Origin: Nemertoderma westbladi
Taxonomy: Eukaryota; Animalia; Xenacoelomorpha
DNA length: 64,000 bases
NCBI GenBank assembly: GCA_032718475.1
Contig: JAUCBJ010007869.1
Coordinates: forward strand, 10,243-74,242
Reading direction: 5' to 3'
Positions 33,026 to 44,144 of the stretch are shown here, piece by piece. Both the position numbers and the translations under genes were made by a program. Below the pieces are notes generated by a model, which was given only the letters and a program-made list of their open reading frames with translations, made no database searches and had not been told where the DNA came from. Positions within the stretch are counted from its first letter, which is position 1, and every line of letters starts with the position of its first letter.

Positions 33026-34050
33026 ATATAACTCAGGAAATATGTAATTACTTCTCGTGCTATGATTGGCTGTTATAGGGCGTATATATATTCCTAATAC
33101 GACAGTAAATGTTCGCGCAAATGATTGGCTGATATCAGGAGAGTTTTAACTCTATATTGTTGTATTTATTCCGCGCGCTGTGATTGGTTGTTATGGGGTG
33201 CGATTTTATTCAATGTGGGAAGGTTTTTTTTCTTGTCTAGAATTATGGAATTTTTGCGCGCGCAGAAACCTGCCATAGTTTTATCGCGCGTAAATTATTA
33301 ATTTATTAATTTTATTGCGTTTATTAATTTCGAATTCTGGAACATATAAAATATGTGGGAAATTCAAGTTATATGAATTTCCTATAGGCCTAATAGTTTG
33401 ACAGGAGAAACTGTCAGCGGTTTATAGGCTTACAGAAAGTAGGAGGCCATGAGCCTACCAGTAATGTATTGGGAGACATGAAAGTAAAGTCCATTGTTAG
33501 CAATAGAGAATTCTTCCATGAATGAATTCTTCCAAACTATTATAGGGAATTCATATAATTTGAATTTCACACTTATTTAATATGTTCCAGAATTCGAAAT
33601 TAATTAAGGACCTCACAGCGCGCGTGAAAAAACTTTTTTGGGAGGTTTTTGCGCGTGCTAAAACTAAAGTAGGTTTTTGTGCGTGCAAAAACTGTGTTAA
33701 GATGTTTTTGCGCGCGCAAAAACTCAGTTGGGATGTTTTTGCACGACTGGGAGGTTTTAGCGCGCGCTAAAACTAAGATATTTTTTACGCGCGATAAAAC
33801 TATGGTAGGTTTTTGCGCGCGCAAAAACTCCATAATTCTAGACAAGAAGAAAAACCATCCCAAAATTGAATAAAATGGCACCCCATAACAACCAATCACA
33901 GCGCGCGGAATAAATACAAATGCTCCTGATATCAGCCAATAATTCACAAAAGAACATTTACTGTCATATTAGGAATATATATTATATACGGATACGCTCT
34001 TTAACAGCCAATCATAGCACGAGAATTAATTACATATTTCCTGAGTTATT
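33026..34050. mobile_element. ~1-kb foldback/MITE with long inverted arms
   Basis: taactcaggaaatatgtaatt...ctatgattggctgtta is inverted at 34000-34047. Internal arms 33330-33385 and 33540-33605. Confidence 0.8.
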
Positions 34051-34893
34051 ATACACCCCCTAGTTAGAGTTTTAGCGCGCGATAAAATGCGATTATTACA
34101 TTATTGTGAGCGCAAAAACTCCAAAGAGGATTTTACACACGGGATATAGCAGGCGAATAAATTATCACGAATATTAACACACCAAATATTCCATATTATC
34201 TTGCAGTTTATCACTCAATAACTGATAAAGTCCGTTGCTACAGTATCAAAGCATTTACAAATCAGGGGCGGGGGTCAATAAGCTGCTGTTGATATTAACG
34301 GAGACATTACAAACCTATGTAAATTGCTACAATATGCTAATGCGAGCTAGAATCAATAACTTAGTAAGCTTGAAACACGGGTGACTATTACAAAACAAAA
34401 CCCAAAGAAAACAAAGAGTTAAAAGTCGCGTTTGAGGAGCAGGTTATTAAAGGAGCAGGTAACAGAGGCGTGTTGGGGAAACCAAAACAGTAAACGAAAG
34501 TTAACACATGTTGCAAGATTATGCAGGTCTTTATAATTGAGTCTTTGGTCTTTGTTTTGTTGTCACCCCTTGAAACACCGGCTTGAATAAGATGATTAAT
34601 GTTTGCGCTTCTATTAATATAATATTTTCGTCACTGATTAATATTTGAGGCCCCCCAATATTTGGGACTTGTTTCCCTCAATATGTTTCTGTATTGCATT
34701 GGGGCGCAGCCCCCCCCCCCCCCCCCCCCCCCCACCACCACCATAAGAAACAAAAAAGGTTAACTGTATATTTATAATTATTTATATTTGATAAAAGTGT
34801 TAAACATCGCTGAAATATGAAAGAAAGCCTCATCCACCTACAGTATATCTAAATACTGTAATGTTGATTATATCTGTAAGAGGTTACATAAAG

Positions 34894-37107
34894 TTATGAA
34901 TATCCTTCACTACATTCTCTATAGTTCATTGCCGCGATCCCGATTACAGTTGCCAGAATTGCCGCAAGAAGACAATAATCCATAAAAGTACCCTTCCCGA
35001 AGTCAATATTTATTGTCGTCACTTTCTCCGCTGTCACGTTATCACAATTGTTCTGGTTTATCAGTGTTGCTGTAAGTTTCTTTGGCAAAAAGCCAAACTT
35101 ATTTTGGTTTATCGGTGTTGCTGTGACATTCTTTAGTAAATTATCAACCTTATTTTGGCTTACCGGTGTTGTTGTAAATTTCTTTGGTATATTCTCAACC
35201 TTATTTTGGCTTATAGGTGTTGCTGTGACTTTCTTTGGTAAATTCTCAACCTTATTTTGGCTTATAGGTGTTGCTGTGACTTTCTTTGGTAAATTCTCAA
35301 CCTTATTTTGGCTTACCGGTGTTGTTGTAACTTTCTTTGGTATATTCTCAACCATATTTTGGCTTATAGGTGTTGCTGTGACTTTCTTTGGTATATTCTC
35401 AACCTTATTTTGGTTTATCGGTGTTGCTGTGATTTTCTTAGGAAAATTTTCAACCTTATTTTGGCTTATAGGTGTTGCTGTGACTTTCTTTGGTAAATTG
35501 TCAAACTTATTTTGGTTTATCGGTGTTGCTGTGGTTTTCTTACGTAAATTCTCAAACTTATTTTGGCTTATAGGTGTTGCTGTGACTTTCTTTGGTAAAT
35601 TCTCAACCTTATTTTGGCTTATAGGTGTTGTTGTGACTTTCTTTGGTAAATTATCAAACTTATTTTGGTTTATCGGTGTTGCTGTGGTTTTCTTTGGTAT
35701 ATTCTCAACCTTATTTTGGCTTATTGATGTTGCTGCGAATTTCTTTGGTAAATTCTCAACCTTATTTTGGCTTATAGGTGTTGCTGTGGTTTTCTTTGGA
35801 AAATCCTCAAACTTATTTTGGTTTATCGGTGTTGCTGTGGTTTTCTTAGGTAAATTTTTAACCTTATTTTGGCTTATAGGTGTTGCTGTGATTTTCTTTG
35901 GTATATTCTCAACCTTATCTTGGCTTATAGGTGTTGCTGTGGCTTTCTTCTGAAAATTCTCTACCTTATTTTGGCTTACCGGTGTTGTTGTGACTTTCTT
36001 AGGTAAATTCTCAACCTTATGTTGGCTTATAGGTGTTGTTGTAACTTTCTTTGGTAAATTCTCAAACTGGTTTTGGTTTTTCTGAGTCGTTGGAGGTTCT
36101 CTCGCTAGATTACCAGATTTCGTTTCGTTAATTGATGTATCAGTTAATACCCCAGTCGGCTTTCCCTTTGTCATCTCTGGGGCGGCTCCAATTTTCTCTA
36201 AACCCCTATTTAGTAGTGAAATTTCCGTATGACTTTCTCCACTTCCGTTAATTGATTTTGATTTCTTATCCGGATAATTTTGATTCGATAACTGTCTGGG
36301 TAACTGTCCCAACTGTCTGGAACTGTCTGTAACTGTCTGGGCCGTTTTGGGTCCATAAATTTCCAGCCATCTTTTATTATTTATACGATAACCGGCGATT
36401 CTGAGGTTTTCATCACTATCGAGTCCTTGTGCAGTGGCCATGATATGTTTATCTGATGGACTGTCTTTTCGAGGAGATATAATTTTTGGAAAGGGACGAT
36501 TATCTGAAATTCTAGAACTGTCATTCTGGTACTCCAATACAACTCCAGTGCCTGCGATATCGGTTGAAATCCCATTGTTTTTTGTACGAGAATCTTCTGT
36601 TGTTTTAGGAACAGGAGTTTTATCGGGAGGTTTAGTAATACTTCCTCGGAACTCAACTCTGACAAGTTTTCCCCTCTCATCTCCCATCTCTGTTGTTACC
36701 CAATAGTTTTCCTTTGACGACTTATTATTTTCGTTATCATCAACCATTTTTGCGGCTTTGGGCTTTGTGACTTTGGGCTTTTCTTTCTCAATGAAAGGTA
36801 CCGGTATTTGGTTTTCTTTGTTTGCGGTTGCTATGGATTTTTCTACTTTTCTATGAGAGATTGGGGGAATGTTTTTGACATTATCTCCAAATTGTTCCTT
36901 CATCTTCAAACCAATTTTGTCTCCCACTGGAAGTGACGTTAATGTCTTTTTACTTTTACTGCTTGTTTCTTTAGATGGTGGAACATTTTTGCTGTAGTTT
37001 TGGACGATGTCCCATGTTGGTATCTCTGTTCTCAGCCTATGGGAACTCAGAACGGCTGGCTGACGTAGACATTTTCTCATACAAGGAAGAACTCGTAAGG
37101 AATACAT
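34894..37107 (-). CDS. Orphan 737-aa single-exon protein: basic presequence-like N-terminus, K/T/N-rich repeats, C-terminal TM helix
   Basis: Long ORF including ~350 aa of non-repetitive sequence. Start, internal blocks and TM (YCLLAAILATVIGIAAMNYRE) are conserved in frame with paralog 40043..40846. Confidence 0.75.
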   Translation of the reverse strand: MYSLRVLPCMRKCLRQPAVLSSHRLRTEIPTWDIVQNYSKNVPPSKETSSKSKKTLTSLPVGDKIGLKMKEQFGDNVKNIPPISHRKVEKSIATANKENQIPVPFIEKEKPKVTKPKAAKMVDDNENNKSSKENYWVTTEMGDERGKLVRVEFRGSITKPPDKTPVPKTTEDSRTKNNGISTDIAGTGVVLEYQNDSSRISDNRPFPKIISPRKDSPSDKHIMATAQGLDSDENLRIAGYRINNKRWLEIYGPKTAQTVTDSSRQLGQLPRQLSNQNYPDKKSKSINGSGESHTEISLLNRGLEKIGAAPEMTKGKPTGVLTDTSINETKSGNLAREPPTTQKNQNQFENLPKKVTTTPISQHKVENLPKKVTTTPVSQNKVENFQKKATATPISQDKVENIPKKITATPISQNKVKNLPKKTTATPINQNKFEDFPKKTTATPISQNKVENLPKKFAATSISQNKVENIPKKTTATPINQNKFDNLPKKVTTTPISQNKVENLPKKVTATPISQNKFENLRKKTTATPINQNKFDNLPKKVTATPISQNKVENFPKKITATPINQNKVENIPKKVTATPISQNMVENIPKKVTTTPVSQNKVENLPKKVTATPISQNKVENLPKKVTATPISQNKVENIPKKFTTTPVSQNKVDNLLKNVTATPINQNKFGFLPKKLTATLINQNNCDNVTAEKVTTINIDFGKGTFMDYCLLAAILATVIGIAAMNYRECSEGYS
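35040..36070 (-). repeat. 51-bp coding tandem repeat (KKVTATPISQNKVENLP) x~20
   Basis: Frame-preserving units visible in DNA and protein. Confidence 0.95.
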
Positions 37108-37579
37108 TATGTCTTCTAGGGAATTGGTTGGGAATTATGGCGAGGGTGTTGGTGATTGCTTGTGACAGCCTTTATTATTGTACAGTATAATGTTTAAATA
37201 TAGTCATTCTTGGTGGGTTTGTTTGATGGTCGGTTGTTTGTTTGTTAGCTACAGTTCAGCATTCCTAACTAATTATAATTACATACCTAAACTAAAGTAC
37301 TTACATTTAACGTTCTGAAAAATATGTTCTAGAATATTACAGTTCCTATTGACATCAGCGACAAATTTATAATATATTAAACGCAGTTTATATTACTTTA
37401 ATAGCGGTAAAACAAGCTACATTCAAAAAAATAAAACCGCGTAAAGTACCCTATGTCTCAGGCCCTATGATCGTTCTATACAGATACAGTATATAAATCT
37501 GTTAAAATAAAATGACAGTATATCGACAAAACATAATATATCAATACATTAATGAATGGGAGAATCTTTTAGGCTCGTT

Positions 37580-38903
37580 AAGCCAAGGAATGCCTGTTCA
37601 CCACCATGGGTGATCTTCCACAGTAAACCGTTCCCCTCCATTTCCTAAAGGAATGCCTGTTCACCACCATGGGTGATCTTCCACAGTAAACCCTTCCACT
37701 CTGTTTCCTAAAGGAATGCCTGTTCACCACCATGGGTGATCTTCCACAGTAAACCCTTCCACTCTGTTTCCTAAAGGAATGTCTGTTCACCACCATGGGT
37801 GATCTTCCACAGTAAACCCTACCACTCTGTTTCCCTAAAGGAATGCCTGTTCACCACCATCGGTGATCTTCCACAGTAAACCCTTCCACTCTGTTTCCTA
37901 AAGGACTGCCCGTTCACCATCACCATCGGTGATCTTCCACAGTAAACCCTTCCACTCTGTTTCCTAAAGGAATGCCTGTTCACCACCATGGGTGATCTTC
38001 CACAGTAAACCTTTGCACTCTGTTTCTTAAATGAGTGCCTGTTCACCGCCATTGGTGATCTTCCACAGTAAACCCTTCCACTCTGTTTCCTAAAGTAAAG
38101 CCTGTCCACCACCATGGTCGATCTTCCACAGTAAACCCTACCACTCTGTTTCCTAAAGTAAAGCCTGTCCACCACCATGGTCGATCTTCCACAGTAAACC
38201 CTTCCACTCTGTTTCCTAAAGTAAAGCCTGTCCACCACCATGGTCGATCTTCCACAGTAAACCCTACCACTCTGTTTCCTAAAGGAATGCCTGTTCACCA
38301 CCATGGGTGATCTTCCACAGTAAACCCTTCCACTCTGTTTCCTAAAGTAAAGCCTGTCCACCACCATGGTCGATCTTCCACAGTAAACCCTTCCACTCTG
38401 TTTCCTAAAGTAAAGCCTGTCCACCACTATGGTCGATCTTCCACAGTAAACCCTACCACTCTGTTTCCTAAAGGAATGTCTGTTCACCACCATGGTTGAT
38501 CTTCCACAGTAAACCCTTCCACTCTGTTTCCTAAAGTAAAGCCTGTCCACAACCATGGTCGATCTTCCACAGTAAACCCTTCCACTCTGTTTCCTAAAGT
38601 AAAGCCTGTCCACCACCATGGGTGATCTTCCACAGTAAACCCTTCTACTCTGTTTCCTATAGGAATGCCTGTTCACCACCATGGGTGATCTTTCACAGCA
38701 AACACTTCCACTCTGTTTCCTAAAGGATTGCCTGTTCACCACCATGGGTGATCTTCCACAGTAAACCATTCTACTCTGTTTCCTAAATGAGTGCCTGTTC
38801 ACCGCCATTGGTGATCTTCCACAGTAAACCATTCCTCTCTGTTTCCAAAAGGAATTCCTGTTCACCACCATGGGTGATCTTCCACAGTAAACCCTTCCAC
38901 TCT
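37580..38903. repeat. 63-bp tandem repeat, ~21 copies, two sub-variants
   Basis: ccactctgtttcctaaaggaatgcctgttcaccaccatgggtgatcttccacagtaaac units; variant aagtaaagcctgtcc in the centre. Confidence 0.95.
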
Positions 38904-39210
38904 ATAATATCAATCCAATATATATTCCAATATGTATTAATTAATTTAATATAATTAATTCAATATATTAATATATCAATAAAACATTAAGGTAATTAAT
39001 TGGTGTTTGCAACTGGTAACAATTGGTATTTTACTTAAATTTTGGGATATTTATTTTAAATTATTTTCATTGTTCAGTTGTCACAACATGTTTTCATGCA
39101 TTCATTCATTCAATCATTCAGCCGGTGGCGCTATTTTGTCTACAGGAATATATATATATATAGTGTCTAGTAATAGGATTTCCTTAGAAGATGAACCGTA
39201 TAATATATTT

Positions 39211-39402
39211 TTAAATGATGTGTTGTTCATCACCCACCAACCGAGGTATGAAAAGATCGAGATTCCTTCACCAACTATATAATAATAACTAATAACTGAT
39301 ATTTCGACAAATTACATGCCTTTATCAAAGTTATATAGTTGGTGAAGGAATCTCGATCTTTTCATACCTCGGTTGGTGGGTGATGAACAACACATCATTT
39401 AA
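39211..39402. mobile_element. Perfect 72-bp inverted repeat with 48-bp loop (MITE/hairpin), TTAA at both ends
   Basis: 39211-39282 is the exact reverse complement of 39331-39402. Confidence 0.85.
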
Positions 39403-40042
39403 TAATATATAATATATATGTATATAATGCAGCTGCAACACAGCATGCCGATAGTAGTAGTAGTATTAAGTACGAATTATGATTTCTGATATCCCTTTAT
39501 TATTTTGGATGAGTTATTTTTTCAAGTACTTTCTTTACATTACATTAGTACTTTACCTTATGATGCGATGCGTATATTTTACTTTATATTACAGTGAGTA
39601 CACTAACACAGTAGACTGGACATAGCCAAATAAAACAAGGAATTGGATTTAAAACCCAAGTGAACGTAAAGTAGATACAATATGAAGTGAACTCTTAGGT
39701 CCCCTCTCACACGGAGCAACAAGCTGCACCGTGTGGGGGTGTGGGGGGGGGGGGGGGGGCATAGGCCTACACTCAAAAATATATAAATAATTTACATTAG
39801 GATCAATAGGAACTATAATATTCTAGAACATATTTTTCAGAACGTTCAATGTAAGTACTTTAGTTTAGGTATGTAATTATAATTAGTTAGGAATGCTGAA
39901 CTGTAGCTAACAAACAAACAACCGACCATCAAACAAACCCACCAAGAATGACTATATTTAAACATTATGCAATAATAAAGGCTGTCACAAGCAATCACCA
40001 ACACCCTCGCCATAATTCCCAACCAATTCCCTAGAAGACATA

Positions 40043-40846
40043 ATGTATTCCTTACGAGTTCTTCCTTGTATGAGAAAATGTCTACGTCAGCCAGCCGTTC
40101 TGAGTTCCCATAAGCTGAGAACAGAGATACCAACATGGGACATCGTCCAAAACTACAGCAAAAATGTTCCACCATCTAAAGAAACAAGCAGTAAAAGTAA
40201 AAAGTTAGAAGATAATTGCAAAAATGTCCAGGAAAAAGAACAAAAATCTATGACGACCGCAAACAAAGAAAACCAAACGAGTAACATTCTGAAACGCAGT
40301 CGCCAAGCCGACGCTGAAGATACCGAAAATAATAAATCGTTAGGAGAAAATTTCTGGGTCATTACAGAGATGGGAGATGAGACGGGAAAACTTGTTAGAG
40401 TCGAGTTCAGGGAAAATATTACTAAACCACCCGATAAAACTCATGTTCCTAAAACAACAGATCCTTCTTCTGTTCCTAAACCAACAACAGATGCTCCTCA
40501 TGTTCCTAAAACAACAACAGCTCCTACTACAAATAAACAATTCATCACAACGGAAATGGCAGAGTTTCGTAAGGATTCCAGCGACATTATGTCAGATAAG
40601 CATATCATGGCCATTGCACGCGAACTTGATAGCAAAGATATACTCAGAATCAAAGACAACGTCTCAGAAAAACATACAGATTCGTCGATAAAGAAGTCTG
40701 ATAACCCAAAGATGGGACCCAAGGCACTAATTAAGAACATAAATAAAGGTAGTTTTAAAGATTACTGTCTCCTTGCGGTAATTCTGGCAACTGTAATCGG
40801 AATCGCGGCAATGAACTATAGAGAATATAGCGAAGAACATTCATAA
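40043..40846 (+). CDS. Orphan 267-aa single-exon protein, inverted paralog of 34894..37107, C-terminal TM
   Basis: Near-identical first ~54 codons, plus shared blocks TANKENQ, WVxTEMGDExGKLVRVEFR, TKPPDKT, SDKHIMA and the TM. Indels between the paralogs preserve frame. Confidence 0.75.
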   Translation: MYSLRVLPCMRKCLRQPAVLSSHKLRTEIPTWDIVQNYSKNVPPSKETSSKSKKLEDNCKNVQEKEQKSMTTANKENQTSNILKRSRQADAEDTENNKSLGENFWVITEMGDETGKLVRVEFRENITKPPDKTHVPKTTDPSSVPKPTTDAPHVPKTTTAPTTNKQFITTEMAEFRKDSSDIMSDKHIMAIARELDSKDILRIKDNVSEKHTDSSIKKSDNPKMGPKALIKNINKGSFKDYCLLAVILATVIGIAAMNYREYSEEHS

Positions 40847-41249
40847 CATCATCAAACAAACCTTTTACAGATAATCCAACTCAGTATTATTTTACTATAG
40901 TTATAAAACATGGTGTTGGTTCAAAATGTCGGTATTCAAACTCGAGTACATCATTATATAATATATACTATATACTGTAATAACATTAACTATATATTAT
41001 ACTGTAATATAATGGTATCATTGGTTACGGCTGCGAGTTAGGAAAGGCCAACATACTGTAACTCGTTATTGTGGTGATCAGAGGTAGGTCAAAATTCAAA
41101 AAACAGAATAATGAACAAATCAAATGCATAATATAACGTCATCTAGCCTAACTGTCTAGGGAAGTTTACAAGAAACAACATAAAATTTCACCAGAATAAT
41201 CCTGACCGCTGATTGGAGGACGACAAAGAGGGATAGATAGGTAGGACAT

Positions 41250-41850
41250 TACCGGTAAGTCAGTACGATATAGTCAGTACCTGTAAGTCAGTACGATATA
41301 GTCAGTACCGGTAAGTCAGTACGATATAGTCAGTACCTGTAAGTCAGTACGATATAGTCAGTACCGGTAAGTCAGTACGATATAGTCAGTACCGGTAAGT
41401 CAGTACGATATAGTCAGTACCGGTAAGTCAGTACGATATAGTCAGTACCGGTAAGTCAGTATGATATAGTCAGTACCGGTAAGTCAGTACGATATAGTCA
41501 GTACCGGTAAGTCAGTACGATATAGTCAGTACCGGTAAGTCAGTACGATATAGTCAGTACCGGTAAGTCAGTACGATATAGTCAGTACCGGTAAGTCAGT
41601 ACGATATAGTCAGTACCGGTAAGTCAGTACGATATAGTCAGTACGATATAGTCAGTACCGGTAAGTCAGTACGATATAGTCAGTACCGAGTTTAGTCAAG
41701 CAGTGTGTTCTGGCTGTCTGGTGTTGTACTGGTATGTTTATTTTTTGATTTGATTTTGATTTTTGATTAAGTCAGTACGATATAGTCAGTACCGGTAAGT
41801 CAGTACGATATAGTCAGTACCGGTAAGTAAGTACGATATAGTCAGTACCG
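41250..41850 (+). repeat. 28-bp minisatellite (gtaccggtaagtcagtacgatatagtca), ~16+3 copies, containing CCG/GTAAGT
   Basis: Visible periodicity; interrupted by a duplicated ~80-bp T-rich block. Confidence 0.9.
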
Positions 41851-42074
41851 AGTTTAGTCAAGTAGTGTGTTCTGGCTGTCTGGTCTTGTACTGGTATGTT
41901 TATTTTTTTATTTGATTTGTTTTGATTCTATCTGTTATGAACTAACAAACTAATTGTTTTAATCAATTAGTTTTCCAGGTAAGTGAAACCAGGAAAACCA
42001 AAGTCAGAATGTGGTAGATTGCCCGGAACAAAGGTTCGACCATATCCAGTATCCAGGATTTCACATTATGTGAT

Positions 42075-42510
42075 AGTTCTTATACTAAGCATGTCGCACT
42101 GGTGACTGCACAGCACACTGATATAAATTTAGTTCTTATACTAAGCATGTCGCACTGGTGACTGCACAGCACACTGATATAAATTAGTTCTTATACTAAG
42201 CATGTCGCACTGGTGACTGCACAGCACACTGATATAAATTAGTTCTTATACTAAGCATTTCGCACTGGTGACTGCACAGCACACTGATATAAATTAGTTC
42301 TTATACTAAGCATTTCGCACTGGTGACTGCACAGCACACTGATATAAATTAGTTCTTATACTAAGCATGTCGCACTGGCGACTGCACGTACAGCACACTG
42401 ATATAAATTAGTTATTATACTAAGCATGTCGCACTGGTGACTGCACAGCACACTGATATATATTAGTTCTTATACTAAGCATGTCGCACTGGTGACTGCA
42501 CAGCACACTG
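42075..42510 (+). repeat. 55-bp tandem repeat, ~8 copies
   Basis: agttcttatactaagcatgtcgcactggtgactgcacagcacactgatataaatt units. Confidence 0.9.
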
Positions 42511-42685
42511 TTGGTGCCTGAGGTTGGGAAGGGGTGCAACCAGGTTGTATCATAGTAACATAAAGTATTCTAGAAACTAATATTATTAATAATCGATATA
42601 AATAGATAATGTAGGAATGTAGGTATATAATTATTTGTTGTAGACTTAAAGTACCGATAAATATTGATACACAATAATACAAAAT

Positions 42686-43975
42686 ATGGGCATACAGATA
42701 AATGCGATATTGCAGAAGTTTGGGAACCAGTACAGCTACAGCACAAACTCAATAGTACGAAAGTTAGGGAACCAGTACAGCACAAACTCAATAGTACGAA
42801 AGTTAGGGAACCAGTACAGCACAAACTCAATAATACGAAAGTTTGGGAACCAGTACAGCACAAACTCAATAGTACGAAAGTTTGGGAACCAGTACAGCAC
42901 AAACTCAATAGTAAGAAAGTTTGGGAACCAGTACAGCTACAGCACAAACTCAATAGTAAGAAAGTTTGGGAACCAGTACAGCTACAGCACAAACTCAATA
43001 GTACGAAAGTTTGGGAACCAGTACAGCACAAACTCAATAGTACGAAAGTTAGGGAACCAGTACAGCACAAACTCAATAATACGAAAGTTTGGGAACCAGT
43101 ACAGCACAAACTCAATAGTACGAAAGTTTGGGAACCAGTACAGCACAAACTCAATAGTAAGAAAGTTTGGGAACCAGTACAGCTACAGCACAAACTCAAT
43201 AGTACGAAAGTTTGGGAACCAGTACAGCACAAACTCAATAGTACGAAAGTTTGGGAACCAGTACAGCACAAACTCAATAGTAAGAAAGTTTGGGAACCAG
43301 TACAGCACAAACTCAATAGTAAGAAAGTTTGGGAACCAGTACAGCTACAGCACAAACTCAATAGTACGAAAGTTTGGGAACCAGTACAGCACAAACTCAA
43401 TAGTACGAAAGTTTGGGAACCAGTACAGCACAAACTCAATAATACGAAAGTTTGGGAACCAGTACAGCTACAGCACAAACTCAATAGTACGAAAGTTTGG
43501 GAACCAGTACAGCACAAACTCAATAGTACGGAAGTTTGGGAACCAGTACAGCACTAGTAAAACGTCAGATACAATAACAACAGATAGGGTTTACAAAAAT
43601 GGAAGAAGGGAAATGTATGAGAGTGTAAAAGCAAGAATCTCTGATATTATAACAAGAAGGAGAGTTTTGGCAAGGGAAACATCAGTTGGTGGAGAGCTGT
43701 ACGATGGTAGACCGTTCGCTACGACTGAGGAAGCGGTGTTAGAACCAGCGCAACGTTTATTGGAGGCCAGAAAGGGATACGAGTTAACAGTAATCTTGGG
43801 ATTTATAGTTGCTGCAATTATAGCAGCTGCAGTGATGCGGTGGAGGTGGGGCAAAGGCGAAGCGGGAATACGAGTTACTGAACATGAGAACAAAATCCGA
43901 GACAGGAAACGGAGGGGCAGGAATAGGGAGACGGACAGATGGAGGACCGGGTCTATAGGAACTGATCCCAAATAG
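42686..43975 (+). CDS. Putative orphan 429-aa protein: (IVRKFGNQYSTNS-type)n repeats, unique region, TM helix, basic tail
   Basis: ATG in AxxATGG context. Repeat units of 33/39 bp keep frame. ~140 unique open codons follow, with hydrophobic LTVILGFIVAAIIAAAVM. Confidence 0.5.
   Translation: MGIQINAILQKFGNQYSYSTNSIVRKLGNQYSTNSIVRKLGNQYSTNSIIRKFGNQYSTNSIVRKFGNQYSTNSIVRKFGNQYSYSTNSIVRKFGNQYSYSTNSIVRKFGNQYSTNSIVRKLGNQYSTNSIIRKFGNQYSTNSIVRKFGNQYSTNSIVRKFGNQYSYSTNSIVRKFGNQYSTNSIVRKFGNQYSTNSIVRKFGNQYSTNSIVRKFGNQYSYSTNSIVRKFGNQYSTNSIVRKFGNQYSTNSIIRKFGNQYSYSTNSIVRKFGNQYSTNSIVRKFGNQYSTSKTSDTITTDRVYKNGRREMYESVKARISDIITRRRVLARETSVGGELYDGRPFATTEEAVLEPAQRLLEARKGYELTVILGFIVAAIIAAAVMRWRWGKGEAGIRVTEHENKIRDRKRRGRNRETDRWRTGSIGTDPK
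42715..43555 (+). repeat. 33/39-bp tandem repeat, ~24 copies
   Basis: gaaagtttgggaaccagtacag(ctacag)cacaaactcaatagtac units. Confidence 0.95.
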
Positions 43976-44144
43976 ATACCACTACAGTCCGCTATTCGGT
44001 ATTCAATTGCACGCAATTTACAATAATTATTATATTAAATTATTATGGTACTAAAACATATTTGTTAGAGAAAGGCAAATTTACGCTTTTCTAATCTTAG
44101 GATTTTTATTATTTATTACAAGTTAGACAAAGAACCCTGGTTGT

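Larger units (their letters stand above)
29153..34184. mobile_element. TIR element hosting the CR1 and a 1-kb hairpin
   Basis: ttggtgtgttaata...cctctttggagt (29153-29211) is inverted relative to actccaaagagg...tattaacacaccaa (34118-34184). Confidence 0.55.

Noticed and set aside
35048-35953. Hydrophobic 301-aa plus ORF
   Set aside because: Antisense shadow of the 51-bp coding repeat of gene A.
37578-38871. 350-aa minus ORF (MVVNRHSFRKQSGRVYCGRSP)n
   Set aside because: Wholly repeat-derived, broken by a 1-bp insertion near 37833, no unique domain.
42570-43557. Alternative-frame ORFs 42570..43523 (-) and 42664..43557 (+)
   Set aside because: They end at or near the repeat edge; only 42686..43975 continues into a long unique, protein-like region.
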